A DNA stretch of 63,739 nucleotides, filler included, from Choristocarpus tenellus KU-1152 (GCA_964200185.2; 10 parts of 10 records of this genome joined end to end with filler, not necessarily neighbours in it), one strand, 5' to 3'; counted from the first letter of the whole stretch, positions 12,955-31,995 are shown. Notes: generated from the letters alone by a model not told the origin. A program made the numbers and translations.

Positions 12955-14229
12955 TTCTTCGAGGCAAAGGTGTTTAGGATGTAACCCTGTTCGTGTTCCC
13001 ACAATCAACACAGGCTCAGTGTAGTGAACCAATCTCCTTTTATGGTTTTTGAAGAGAAGCCCCAGGTGCTACAGTAACAGAGTGTGAGTCTGAATCAGGG
13101 AAATAGAAGGTTTCAGGCTCTCATCCCGCAGATCTGATCCACTGGTGTGCTTTTAATTACTTACAGAAATGGCATTTGGTGGAGTTGTGACTCGAGGTGT
13201 TGCTGTTTGGGACGACCTGTTCCTACCGCTGTTGATACAAACTCAAACGTGTTATCTCATCCAAGAAACAAAAACAAAAAAAACATCAACACCACAATGT
13301 TGTGTTCCTCCGAGAGTGTACAATAGGTTCGTATGTAGCCCCACCTGGGCTTGGTCACCCTGTTTGCTCGCATTCATTTAGGTATGTATGTAGCGGGGGT
13401 GTTTAGTACTAGCGGAAAAGTAGGATGAGAAGTTCAAAAGAAATTTCAAAGCAGTTTTTATGCCAACATTTAGGCATCATTGGGTCGTCGTGCCTGAGTG
13501 CATGAGATAGTAGGTCCAGGAGACTTCGTTGCTATCTCCAAAGGGCATTATTGCAAGTCCCTCGTTGTTTAGTCAGTCAAGGTATGTTCATTAACAAAAA
13601 GGCACCCTATTACGCCTCTGGTGGAATAATGAAAGGTGGTTTCCAGGTAGTTACTCCAAGAAATACATCTGTGCTTGGACACCATCTTCTTCGTGGAGGA
13701 TGAGTCTCTAAGCACACTCAAGGGATACCCACCCCTTCCTGGTGGTCAAAAAAGACCAGAAAAATATGCACACACAGAAAAGGGAACAAGCATCACAGGT
13801 CTCTGGAACATCGAAAACCCTTTTTTTGTAGGTGGAATCAAAACAGTTGCACCTGTGGGTGGATCCTCCATAAAGTAGGACAACAAGTCAACCCTTGAAT
13901 CACCAACTGCACAAATACCACAATCCCTTTGTACAGATTTTCCAGTCAGAGAGTCTTTTAAAGTCAACACCCTCCATAGACTAAAAAGGGCAGTGAACAT
14001 CTGTTGTGATGTACTGCCCCTTGAATTCAATCAATTGTCAGCATCCCAAGTAATATAAAACACATTCCAGGACCATATACAACATTCTGCCTTCCATTTT
14101 CCCACTGGAAGATGCCTGACCACAGGGAGCACCCCTCTACCTTCAAAACCTTGTCTAAAACTCCTCACGTTGCTAACCCAACACCATTACAAATACACAC
14201 ACTAATGCAGACTAGTTACCCTCACCATC

Positions 14230-19602
<5,373 letters not shown>

Positions 19603-20218
19603 CTAACAACAGTTCTAAGAAGAGTCGCCTTTGGGAAAAACAACAAATTACCCAACAGACAGACATAGAGACAGCACCATCAACACAGCCGAAAACAAAA
19701 AAATCTGCTTGTGATACAGATCACCTTCAACAGTAAGCAAATATTTTTCTTGTTTTTTCAAAATTTTCAAGCAACAATGGCGGCGTATGCCCCACACACG
19801 GAGAATAAAAAGTCGCTATTGTGTAGGTAGGTCAGGGCTGTTCATTTCATTTCTTCAAACCTAAACTTTCAGGAGTTGTGCACACCGGATTATTTGTTCG
19901 TATCGTTGCACACTTCCATCAATTCAATGAAACATGTAACTGTAATACCAACCAACCGCGCCTGCAACGGGACAGTGACGGGATAAAGCAACGATACAAT
20001 CCAGGGTACCGCATTGATACTCGCTAAATCATCACATGCCATGGTTCGATTTGAAAGAGGTGTGTTGTTCTAGAAGCGGCCCAGGGAAGGACAAGCGAGG
20101 AAAGGGCCTTACCCGTATAGTAGATGTATCTTCACCTCAAAACATCATCAAGAAACAATTAAATATTTATCCAATCAACAGTGACGCTAAAAAAAGATAA
20201 GCAACTCAACAAGCAAGC

Positions 20219-20288
<70 letters not shown>

Positions 20289-20388
20289 NNNNNNNNNNNN
20301 NNNNNNNNNNNNNNNNNNNNNNNNNNNNNNNNTTAATTAATTAANNNNNNNNNNNNNNNNNNNNNNNNNNNNNNNNNNNNNNNNNNNN
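20289..20388. other. Artificial contig linker (also 23293, 26411, 34399, 38196, 44655, 47728, 54789, 60354; each 100 bp)
   Basis: N44-TTAATTAATTAA-N44 six-frame stop spacer, repeated identically. Confidence 0.99.
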
Positions 20389-20389
20389 C

Positions 20390-21676
20390 TATCCCAATGG
20401 TCAACTTAGGAAGGCTGTGGATGGAGATGCAGGGGGTGGAGGTCTTGGTCCACCCTCAGGAGAGCATTGCCGTGGACGTATGAAGTCAGGGATCTGTGCT
20501 GGTGATGGAGCAGTTCGAGAGTGCATTGCCTGGATGCTTGACCGTGGATTTGCTGGAGTTACGCCGACAGCAATGGCCACCTTTGCTTGCAAGAGTGTGC
20601 ATGAAGACCAGAGAGTGGGCTCCCTGCAAATGTATGTACATCATGAGTGCTCTGCTGAGGACCTCGGCCCATCATTGTTTCCGACTGAGGATGTCCACGC
20701 GATTGCCATCCTGGATATTCGACTATTAAACCAAGACCGCCATGTTGGCAACATCCTGGTACAGAAGCTAGCGAGCGGGAGGGCCGGCCACGGTCGGTCC
20801 TTTAGCATACCTGCAGACTTGGAGAGATCTGGATCAAGCGCATTTGGTTGTTCAGATAGTTCGTTAAACACCTGCGGCATGGGTGAAAGGTTTACAGATC
20901 TTGAGGGGATAGTTGGTAGTGCAACCGTGACTCATGGGGGCTTGACCTCGCTGGACACATGTGTGTGCGATGGAGTGGATGCGGCATCTACCTCATCCAC
21001 TGCCTTTTGTTGCCCGCTCAGTGTTGATCGTGCATTGGGCGACAGTGTACACCTCCTAAGTGGGGCAATGGTGATGGAGCATAGTGTGATACCACCCAGT
21101 AGATTCGGAGTCCTGCTCAGGTCCCAAAATGCGAGTGAAACAGGTTTGCGGCTTGTACCCATCGACCATGGGTTCTGTCTGCCTCACCCCACAGCAATCG
21201 ATGAGACGCAGTTTGCGTGGCTCAACTGGTCCCAAGCAAAGACCCCGCTCTCTGAGGCGTTTCGGCAGTACGTTCTTGGATTGGATGTGGAGGGAGAATT
21301 GGCCATGCTCGGTTGTGCTCTGGGGGATGCCCTGCCCTCGCCGCAGTACCTGTTGACCCTGCGCATTGGGACAGCACTCTTGCAGCAAGGTGTGGCAGCA
21401 GGCCTCTCGGTTTTTGATATCGGTAAACTGGCCACAAGGTGCCGCCCCAACTTGCCGTGCTTGCTAGAGCATGCCGTGGATGAGGCGCTTAGACGGCTGG
21501 GCATGACCTGTGGAACTGAACCCGACAATTTACCTACGGAAGACCAAATCTCTCCCGATGTTATTCTGGAGGATCACACGAGGTTCATGCGAGTGCTTCG
21601 GCCATTCCTATCAGAGATCATTGCTCGTGTGGAGGAGACGAGGCCTATTGAAATGAGGAGGAGCAAGTCTTCATAG
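20390..21676 (+). CDS. Phosphatidylinositol 4-kinase type II/gamma-like catalytic domain (5' truncated at contig start)
   Basis: GDGAVRECIAWMLD, GSLQMYV, AIAILDIRLLNQDRHVGNIL, LVPIDHGFCLP, WLNWSQAKTP. Confidence 0.92.
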   Translation, partial: YPNGQLRKAVDGDAGGGGLGPPSGEHCRGRMKSGICAGDGAVRECIAWMLDRGFAGVTPTAMATFACKSVHEDQRVGSLQMYVHHECSAEDLGPSLFPTEDVHAIAILDIRLLNQDRHVGNILVQKLASGRAGHGRSFSIPADLERSGSSAFGCSDSSLNTCGMGERFTDLEGIVGSATVTHGGLTSLDTCVCDGVDAASTSSTAFCCPLSVDRALGDSVHLLSGAMVMEHSVIPPSRFGVLLRSQNASETGLRLVPIDHGFCLPHPTAIDETQFAWLNWSQAKTPLSEAFRQYVLGLDVEGELAMLGCALGDALPSPQYLLTLRIGTALLQQGVAAGLSVFDIGKLATRCRPNLPCLLEHAVDEALRRLGMTCGTEPDNLPTEDQISPDVILEDHTRFMRVLRPFLSEIIARVEETRPIEMRRSKSS

Positions 21677-24317
21677 AGGTGGACTGTTATTGCAAGAAGA
21701 CCGTAGTTCTGAGAGGAAGGGATTCGTCCTGTGTTTTTTCTTTTTATGAGTTGGATGTATATTGACGTATAGTGTACCCGGTTTTTGTTGGACAGAATCA
21801 TCTGGCGTATGAATATGTTGTTGATCCTGGTAAGTGTAGTTTGACATTGACATCTAGGGAAGCGCGTGGGTTGGCTGCCGTGATATGACCTTGGTGCTTT
21901 TCCTGATGTTCCCCAGTGCTGCACTGGCTGCTGTTGTCTCCCCTCACACAAGTGTTTTTTTTTTTGAGCTGGTGCTTGGGGAAACACCCTTGAATATTGA
22001 TTGTTGATTTGTGGATACTTGTAGAGACTCTTGAGTCCCATGATGTATGTAGATATGTTGTAACCAGTCCTTGGGGGAGTGATGAGAGTGAAAGAAATAA
22101 TGTAAACAAATATATCATATGGGAGTACATGCCCTTGTTGTAACACTATGTATATGGTTTGTAGGGTGACGTGGTTGGCTGTCTGTTTCTGGTCTATTTT
22201 TATTGCCTAATTGATGCATTTGAAAGCCCAATCCATTACACTCCTGTAGCGGAGGGTTTTGTGCTCGAGACACTTTATTATGGAACTGCTAGAGGAAGTA
22301 TCAGACAGGTTGATGAATGAATGTGTAGTGGCCCAGACAGGAAGTAGAAGTTTGGGTGTAGGCAGTCGACCACAATGCTCGCTTTCCATTGGAGGGGGTA
22401 ACAGAAGGTTAGAAAGGTTTGACTTTGTTGTGACTGAGGAGGTAGGTCTATCAATCATGACGCTGTGGGGACACAGGCCGCGATTTTTCTGTTTGAGAAA
22501 ACAGCATGCCATAATACACAACACCTCATCTTTCATGGTTGTCTTTTGAAGCATGTCTTACACAGAGGTAGTTGTTATGAACACTACGCATCTGCATGTT
22601 GGCATGGTACACTTGAGGGGGGTGAAACATCCTCCAATATTTTCTGAATGTAACCATAGTATCCCATTGGGGGGGGGGGGGATCAGGCGTCCATTCGGGG
22701 CCTTTGTGATCCTGCAGTGGTTTTCATGTCATTTGAGTAAATGTGTCAGATGTAACGGCAATTTCTTTCATATGGAAAAGCCTTCCTTTCCCACCCCCCC
22801 ACCTCCCCCTACCTGAAACCAAGTCTGAAGGAAAATCACCCACTGCAACAGGCATCAAACTGGGGTATTTTACAACCCCTCAGGCCCCGAATGGATAAAC
22901 TGGGTAAAGCACTCTCCCCTCTATGTCACCATGGCCCTGCCATGAGTAGTGCATGTTGTGTACATCAGGTTATTTTTTCCGCCATACATGCCAACTCAAC
23001 ATTCCCATCTTTTTCTTCTCAAGATACAGGTTTTACACCCTATCATTAAAGACAACTTTTGAACCCTCCCCTTTGGAGCTGCCTGGGTATGTGCATAGTT
23101 ATTGATCATGCCGGTTATATCGCAGGTAGTGATGCATATCCTAATCTTCTGTCACAGAGTCAGTCACAAAATCCGTCTGGAAATTTGTTCTGGGTGTCGA
23201 TACTCTCAGATCAATAAAAACCTTCCCAAAAACGTGCCTCAGACTTGTTGTCACCTTGGGTACTGTTTGACCCAAAGTATTCTGGGGGGGGGNNNNNNNN
23301 NNNNNNNNNNNNNNNNNNNNNNNNNNNNNNNNNNNNTTAATTAATTAANNNNNNNNNNNNNNNNNNNNNNNNNNNNNNNNNNNNNNNNNNNNTGTGGTTT
23401 TTAAATTGTTATGTTTGTTTTTTTTTTTTTTTTATATATTTAGGTGATGTCGTATTCTCTCCCCCCCCCCCCCCCCCCCCAGATACTTTGGGTCAGAATT
23501 GGAACTAAAGAAAACATTTTGTAAACACAACTTTGTTATTAACAGTTCAGAGCATGGAATAAGTGACAAATGTTACCGTTTTGAAATACACATCTGATAT
23601 CGATGTATTTTCCTTTGCATCCCATTCTTTAAATATAGTGCTTGCACAATATACATACAGTTGTGAGGGTTGTTTCAATGTTAAAAATTAATCTCTTATA
23701 GTTGTCATTTCCTCATTTGATATGCAGCATAGGTGTTAGTAAAATAGTAAATAGAAAAATATCTTTCACATTTACGACAACTGTTACTTTCTTAGGGGTT
23801 GTTATTCTAACATTTGAATGGGTTTTCATTGTTTTTTCCCCTGACACATCTGGAAAATGTCAGAGGGCATTATAATAAATTTGTACTCTGTATATTCTAA
23901 TATTTTATTATTATACCCTCTGACATTTTGCAGATGTGTCAGGGGGAAAATCAATGAAAAGTCAACTCCTTATCAGAACAACCCCTGGAAAACTAACAGT
24001 TGATATATTCTAGTATCCTTGGTCACATCTTGTACCATGTTCTTCCATCATTTTCGACCAATGCATAGTTCCATGATGACCCTATATACTCCTCAATGCT
24101 TTGTCAACTACAATGAAAATTGAACACCTTGGGGTTTAGGGACGCAGTTGGATGTTGTCGAGAACCTTAAATGAAATGTTCAGTTAATAGTATATCATAC
24201 TACCTGTGTGTTTATGTGAGTGATACGTATTGAACACGAATTCAATATGCTTCTGTTGTTTCCGTCACAATACAAGCAGCTCTATCAAGACATGTCATGT
24301 GTTTCAGGCTGAATACA

Positions 24318-24571
24318 CCAGGGAGATGGGCAAGGAGGGGCTATTCGGACTCTTGGGATGCTTCCCTAGCTCCTAGCCCTGGGGTGTAAGGCTAAGATAG
24401 GATAAGGCATAGGAGGGGAGTGGTGTAGCATAGGTGGTAGTGAAGTAGTAAATGGATAATAGAAAAATGTCTTTCACGCCGTTACTTTTTCAGAGGTTGT
24501 TCTGACATTTGGTTTTCCGTTGGTATTTCCCCTGAGACATCGGCAAAATGTCAGGGCATAACAATAATAAA
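24318..24571 (+). repeat. Dispersed repeat family C (about 260 bp, SINE-like with A-rich tail); other copies at 56920-57184, 23725-23880 and inverted at 23900-24002
   Basis: Shared GGGAGATGGG...TTGGGATGCTTCCC...AGAAAAAT.TCTTTCA...TTTCCCCTGA...AAAATGTCAGAGGGCAT(A/T)ATAAT. Confidence 0.75.
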
Positions 24572-24773
24572 ATATTCTTGTATAAATCAGTGGTTCAAAT
24601 TGAGTTGGTATATTGCGGTATGACTAGGAATGCAACCGTTGACGGTACATGTGGAATTATTTTAATGTTTGTGTAAAATGCGTAGTGCTATACTGCTCCA
24701 CCAACCTCCAATTTCTTACTCGGCGGAACCTTTTGAACTAGTTGGGGACCCACCAGGCTACATTCTTCTATTT

Positions 24774-25290
24774 CTAGCGTTGATATAAATGAGGTAAAAT
24801 AGTGCTCCAGATTACAAAGGTTGTAAGTGCAACAAACCCCACATAAATTGCTGCCTTGAAAAACAAACAAACAAACAAACATATAATATGTACTTCTCCC
24901 CTGTCGATTCCCTTACCATACTACACAAATGCTCACAATTTCAATTCCAAGGGTCATACACAGAGCAATAGGACGCACCATTGTTGAGATGACCATGACA
25001 ATGGAGAAGTTGGTCTTGACACAAAGCTGCTGCAACTCCAACACTTTATTTGTGGTTGTAGTCGACATCCCTTGCACCAGAGGTGCAAACCACTTGATGG
25101 CCAGATTTAAGAAGAAGATGTCCCGAACGGCAGTGAGGACTTCCAAGGCGAGGACAAGAGTGCTAGGCACCAATGGGTGCACATATCCGTACAAAATGAA
25201 GGTCGGCAGAGAAAGCATAATATTAAATATTGCACCAATGATGACCGCATTCTGGAACCTGTCGACCACGAGACGACCATCAAGCATATG
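24774..25290 (-). CDS. Exons of an uncharacterised multipass membrane protein (25290-24922, possibly 24854-24774)
   Basis: TAG acceptor and an open frame of about 123 codons with several hydrophobic segments. Donor choice is ambiguous (24921 or 24916). Confidence 0.4.
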
Positions 25291-27000
25291 CTAACCATTA
25301 AGAAATGAAATATATAAACAGGCAAAGTGGTTGTTGTGTCCTTGGTAGCAGTTGCTGCTCAAGAGCACGAACTATCTCATCTTCTCTCCAACACATTGAA
25401 TCAAAGCAGGACTTCAGGTAATACACCATTCACAGCTTGTCTACCCCTGAAGGCAGTAGTAGTCACGCAGTAGTAGTCACCCCACTCCCTGATTCCTTGG
25501 CAATCTTCACACCTTCTGTAATCTAGGTGAGGGATATCCAACCATATTCTAGAAGGAACAAGTTCGCATTTGGCGGATCTGCGTCGCAAAGTACCCTTGG
25601 GATTTACTCAGTATTTGTAATCACAAAGGAAGCCCAAGCACAAAATCAACTGACACTTATTATGTACTGCACACAATTCCCTCAGCTATCCATAACATAC
25701 TGGTGAATGAGCGTACTTGCTAGGTGTGAAGTGACAAAGATCCCTTGATAAACAGCTCTGATAATGGTCTTTTTGTGTTGAGTCTAATCAGAACATCTTT
25801 ACACACGTGACCAGTACACAGTGGGTACTGAGGTGTGGTATGAATGCATATGCTGTTTTGGAATGGCACTGTCTTTACCTCTTACTCAACCAAAAACATC
25901 CAAGATGCTCAATTACTTCTCTCTGAGAAAGGCGCTTGCCTAGGAGTCAAAGCACAGGGTGCAAACGCCAAAAAAAGCTGTGCAAAAAAGACCAAAACTC
26001 AATCGTGATCAAAGCACACCTTTCTCTTGTTGAATCATTTCAATAAAAACCACACCCCCGTTCTGATCTTGTGAAGCTGTCTGTGCCAAGTTTCATAATC
26101 ACTCAAAATTTACCATAATTACGACGGGTAAGTTATTCTCATAGAGTTTGTACGATTGTCTCAAAATTGTCCAGTCTATCCAACAAACCGATCCAAACCC
26201 CTCTCATACTCATCCTCAAAACAAGTTACTACATAATTTACCCCAGTTTTCGTCAGTTTGTTCTGGTTTGCACATTGTGTTTTGCTTGATCATACTACAA
26301 TCCAGTCCAACAGGCTCAAAGTATCTGGGGGGGGGGGTAGCGGCTGTCCATTTGGGGTCAACTTTTTCATGTCGCGAGTTTTGTGTGATTTGGTTCAATA
26401 CCTCCGATGGNNNNNNNNNNNNNNNNNNNNNNNNNNNNNNNNNNNNNNNNNNNNTTAATTAATTAANNNNNNNNNNNNNNNNNNNNNNNNNNNNNNNNNN
26501 NNNNNNNNNNGTGTGAGAGATTGACAGTTGTCAGAAAGAGGTCAAACCAAGGACAGCATTTTTTTTTCGCTATCCCCTAATACTGTACGTACTCATGTAT
26601 TAGGATGTGCCCCTAATACTAAACTGCAATCAGTGCCCTGCCTACAGGGGCACATGCTCCGGCGATAGTATGTCAGTGGCGTAGAATTACCCTGCATTCT
26701 TTCAAATCAAGTATTGTTGCTATCCTAGGCATTAAGGTCAGGGTTAGGGTTATGTCTTTTTTTTTGTTTTGAAGCTGTATATGTGCTATTGGTAAGGTAG
26801 AGCTCTTGTTGTGATGTTTTGCTCCACGACTTATTTTCTGTTTCAAACCCTAGCCCTGACCCTACAGCTATCTTTTTTTTCTTTCAGCCACAGAGCTTTT
26901 GCATATTGAACATAATTTGTCCTTCCTGGTTTTGTTTGTTGACTCTGTTTGCGTTCTACATGTGTGTTTGTGTTTATGTGTGTTTGTGTGTGTGTGCCAG

Positions 27001-27684
27001 ATATCTAGAGTGCAATATGGCAGTGCAGGCCACATTGAACCTCCACATGGGCTGGTAACAGAAAACTACCTCACCCATTCGGTGCCGGGGGCTACTGACC
27101 CTAAGCACTTCCCAAAGGTGAATCCTGCCAACACTATTTGTATCTATATTCAGTTTATTTTGTTGCATACCTCATAATATACCCCCAACTACAATGTATG
27201 TGTGAAACCATATTTTTATGTTTTTTATTCAACCTCATATTTCATATGTGTGGAATTATATACACCTAGGTGCTTATTTGTCTTCATTTTTTCAAGTACG
27301 TACTTGAATGTATGAAGTATATCCATGTATGTGTGTTTACTTACATTTCAGGAAGCACACAACTCGGCCCACCTTTGTTTTACGTATTTATATACACCTA
27401 AGCGTGTACATAATTTCTTGTCTAAAGTTTGTACTTGCAAAACTATATTTTTGCATTTTCCTGATTGCCATTGTGTTACATCCACCCACGTATATGTGCA
27501 TTCATGTATATGTGCATTCATGAATGGCCTAAGTATGAAATATTTATCTGTACCCTGTTGCCTCTGTGCCGTGTCCTCACCTCAGCAACAAAGATGCTAA
27601 TATGTGTTTGTTGCCTCTGCTAGGTGCTGGCCCCCAGGTGCTGACTATGACTGTCCAGTGCACTTACTTCAACTTCTCCTGTTG
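27001..27684 (+). CDS. Candidate internal exons of an unknown gene (27001-27117, 27638-27684)
   Basis: CAG/GT-bounded and frame-compatible: ISRVQYGSAGHIEPPHGLVTENYLTHSVPGATDPKHFPK|VLTMTVQCTYFNFSC. No family recognised. Confidence 0.3.
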
Positions 27685-29550
27685 GTAAAATGTGGAAGGC
27701 GGGAATATGACACTCTTTTCACAAGCCAGATAGACTCTTCGTAGGAAACCTTGGGTGCTGCAAATACTCATCTTTTGAAAGAGCAGTCTCTGCTCACGCC
27801 AGGCTTTGAGGAGTGGCTAGCACTAACCTTTTCCCACTACCCTTTTCGGTCTTTTGTAGACCGGGGAGTTGGCAATGAAGGTTTGGTACAGTTCACGCTT
27901 CTGTGTGTTTTGTGCCTAGAGACCTTTTTTTGTTGTGGTGAGTATTTGTATCGGCCAGGGTTTCCTGTGGAAGTGGAAGGCATCCTTGGCTACTGGGGAG
28001 AGAGTGTTATATCCCACCTTTCAGCATTCCGATAACAGGGAAGGTTGGAGAAAGTGCACTGGACAGCCACGGTCAGAATCTGGGGGTTAGGAATAGGGTT
28101 AGGGTTAGGGTTAGGGTTGGTCCTTTGGAGTAGCCTGTATGGGCGAAGTAACACATTTTTGTACTTCTTTTTGAGTTGACGCCGCATTAATGGTGAATAG
28201 TGTGGTCTACAGGGCGATGCGACAAGAAGTTTCCTGAGAGCTTAGGGTTAGGGTTGATTCAGCACACTTATTGTATTGGGAAGAGGGCTAAGTATAGTCT
28301 AACATCTGCTCCCATGGCGTAGAGGACTATGCTCAGACTGAACAGGACGCGTTGGATGGTATCGTCAATGAGTTAAGGGTGATTGAGAATTTCGGAGTGA
28401 TGACAAAGATGCTTTGAGGTCGATTGGGTATGATGAGTGCTTGGTTCTCGATCCGACTAGGCTATTGTGGGTGGGGTTGGACACTGTGGTCACAAAGGTG
28501 AAGCCTGCAGTCAACGACTCATTGTGCATCTGGAGGTACAAGTTGTTCCTTACAGAAAGCCTTGTTGTGTCAGGCTAAGCGAAGTGTATTGCCAGACCTC
28601 ACTGCAACAAGCTACACCTTTTTGAGGTTTGGAGAGGTTGGTCTTGATGTTCAGATACGATAACAGAATTAGTGTATTAGATACGATAACGCTTGCTCCC
28701 AGCCGTCATCATTCGGCACAATATTCTGAACACAATAGTACATTGTGTATTTGTTTTTGTCCAGTCTTGATGGTTGTCATGCCTGTACAACAGCGATAGT
28801 TTTCTTGTGGATCAAGATACTGACTACCCTCAATATTTGATCCTTGTATATACATAGTCTTAATGGCCTTAAGACAGAATTTTTAGGGGCATTCCTCTTT
28901 TTTCAGTGGGATCAGTTCGTAAACTTGTTTCCATGTTGTAGATGCCAGTAGAATGTAAACAGCCTAGAATAGAGTTTGCTATAATTTTTGTTTTATTCTG
29001 TGTGTGTGTTTTATTTTTGTTTTTTTATTTTTATTTAAATTTTATTATTATTGATTAATTAGGACCAAGAAGATACATTTTGTCATTTTTTTCTATGTAC
29101 TTGATGGAATTACAGAGCGCAAGTAGGACAGGAGATGGAGTTGCTGAGGGCTAGCCTATCCCCTGCAACAACATGGAAGGGATAATAACCAAGGCACATG
29201 TAGATAATATATATGTATGGTCTGGTGTGATCGGATATGAGGGTGGTATTCTACAGATTATATCTTTTTTTCCCCACCATGTTACTTTTTGAATTTGAGT
29301 CCATATTGGTAACAATTGTTGAACACCTTCATTGCCGACTTTGGCCAATACTACTGTGTGTAGGTTTTTGCAAGAAGTGTCAGGCGTTCTGATTGAGTTC
29401 TTCTGTTTTTATTTGTGAGGCGTGTTTGCTGCTTACGTGAATTGTGTGTGTATTGTTAGATTCGATTTTAATTTTTCAAGGGCGTAGTAAGTGCTTTTGT
29501 CCGTAGGAGCTCAAGAATGGTTAAGAAGATGGTTAGGAGGCGATGTGTGT

Positions 29551-29689
29551 GCTGTGATAAATAGGAGGTATCATGTCAGTGGTGCTGTGATAAATAGGAG
29601 GAATCATGTCCATGGTGCTGTGATAAATAGGAGGTATCATGTTGGTGGTGCTGTGACAAATGGGAGGTATCATGTCCGTGGTTCTGTGA
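29551..29689. repeat. 33-bp tandem repeat, about 4 copies
   Basis: GCTGTGATAAATAGGAGGTATCATGTC.. at 29551, 29584, 29617, 29650. Confidence 0.9.
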
Positions 29690-31324
29690 ATCACTCCATT
29701 GAAGTCAAAGTAACTGAGAGGGGTGTGGGTTTAGGTTTCGTTTTTTCAAGGGGTGTTCCAAGGTTGTTCAAATGAGATGAAGGCATTCAAGGAAAAAGGT
29801 TGTAGAAACGGATAACTTGCTTCTGCAAACTGATTATACTCACTTAACAAGCCAATATGCACTTCACAGGTGTGAACCGTGCTATTTTTGCCACCCGGAA
29901 GTCAGAGGGGCTGTCAAAAACTCAACAGCTCACCCCATTGAGTAGCTCACGTTAGTTTGACTCTGAGAGGAGAGAGGGGCAAGAAAAAGGGGGTGGCAGT
30001 TCAAAGTGAATGATGCGGTCCTTGAGCCCTAGTTGAATATAACCAATGGGATCAAGCCTCAAATTGGGGAGGGAAACCACATAGTATCTGCAATCAAAGC
30101 TATATGTGCATCAAAATATGAACATCAAATCTGTGTAGCAGTGTTGTTACGGCTGTGTTACTTTAGTATGGGACAGGGAATCACTAGGTCAACCCTACCT
30201 AAGGTGGACACAGTCACCTCTTCGCCATGATTTTATCAGGCGATAGCTTTCCACGGAGGTCTTGGAAGTGGCATGGAGGGATTCCAGTCATCCTTTTGAT
30301 TGGTCAATTGATTCTATTGGAGTGGAGCAAGAATAATTTGATCTGAAACTGTTTGCTTCCTACACTGAAACCAAGTAATTTGATAAGGACCAAAGAGTGG
30401 GCCCTAACCTTACTGACGGTTTGTCTGTCTCTGGCTGATTCGAACACTTTTTTGTTGTTTTTGTTTTTGTTGGGGTTAAGGATTCCATATCCGTCCGGCA
30501 ATGATGCATACACGAGTTGTCTTGCCCTTAGTGGAAGATTGAAACTCCTATTATGGGTTTCCAATAACAGTCGTGGCGATGCATTGAAACACAGTGGAAC
30601 AACTATGCGTGCATGATGTTTGTGCTCAAGGTGTTGTGCTTTATTATCGCATCGATATGTACAGCTAGGATGGCTGATTTCAAATTGTTTCCTCTCACCT
30701 TTTTTTGTTGTTTGAAAGTATTTTTGCTGGATTGTTTTTGTTTGATTTATATTTATTATCGGATATCAAAAATTAGGGTAATCGGATAAAAAGTAAATTA
30801 AAGCGCACATTACATACGATGCAGACTTTTTTTATTCAGCATCGGAATTGGAGAGAGTATAATCTAATAACTTCTAGTAAAATATTTGTTTGATGCATGG
30901 ATAATGTTATATCTTGTGCCATGACTGTGAATTATTTTTCAGAATTTTGGGATGAGGCGATTGTGACCACCTTAGCCCCAACTTATGGTCAAAGGCACTA
31001 CAAACTGCGTTGCACTACTTACAAGTAATTCTGGGCTGTCTGCTAATGTACTATTTTTATTACTATGACCAATTGCACCCTACGTGCGTCCCATTATTCT
31101 TTCTCGAGCGTTTGGTTCAGTCGTACCACCGCTCTTTGCACTGCCTCCTCCCTTAAGTCTTGTGGAATACTCTCCTAGCTGCAAAGAAACCTTGTCGCCT
31201 CGAGTATGATTCTTTGTCCTATTTTTTTTGGCCCAGTGGCAGCCAGGAGGGTACAGGTGTACCTTTTAATTGTGCTGGCCTTATGGTCTCTATTGAAAAC
31301 AGATTTTGTTGAAAAGGAAGTTTT

Positions 31325-31402
31325 ACCTTGAGTGGGGTCAAACCTGTGCATTCCATTGGTGGAAGTTAGTATATGGACTTTTTTACCACTGAGCTAAATT
31401 GC
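31325..31402 (-). other. tRNA-derived sequence (pseudo-tRNA or SINE head)
   Basis: Minus strand has an A-box-like TAGCTCAGTGGTA and a B-box-like GGTTTGACCCC; stems are degenerate. Confidence 0.45.
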
Positions 31403-31954
31403 ATGTATGTATGTAAGTATTTATTTATTTATGTATTTATGTGTGTATGGACAGTATGTATTTGTATTTTTTGGAATTAGAGATGGGTTGTGGTGGAGGA
31501 CTCTCTATATCGGGTATGTCATGATAATGTATTGGGGTTGGTTTAGGAATGGTTATACTGAGGGTTAGGGTGGGGTTAGGGTTAGGGTAGGATGGTAGAA
31601 TCAATACCAAATTTTGGACATGACTATTGCTGGTATTATTTCCCAGCTGGAAGCGATTTTCTCACTACTGTGGTCTCTGTTGCCCAAAGTCCTCTCCCCA
31701 ACTTACCATTTTGTTTCTATCAATGCACTGCTAATGTGCTTCAAAATGCAAGGGTTAGGATTAATCTGTAGTATGCTTGTTCTCTCAGGGGGTACTTGGA
31801 AGGACTCTGAGGTGCTACGTAGCACCACAGATATATTTTTTTGCATCCAGAATCACTGTTGACCCTAACCCTAACCCTGATAACAATAGGGAACCGATCT
31901 GATCGTCCCCTCAAGAACTTCAATCGTGAACTCTACGGTTACAATGGATTGAGT

Positions 31955-31995
31955 AAGGGTTAGGGTTAGGGTTAGGGTTAGGGTTAGGGTTAGGG
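31955..31995 (+). repeat. Interstitial telomeric (TTAGGG)n tract; others at about 28084-28118, 31560-31590, 31862-31879, 33161-33197, 47108-47138
   Basis: Direct reading; both orientations occur. Confidence 0.95.
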
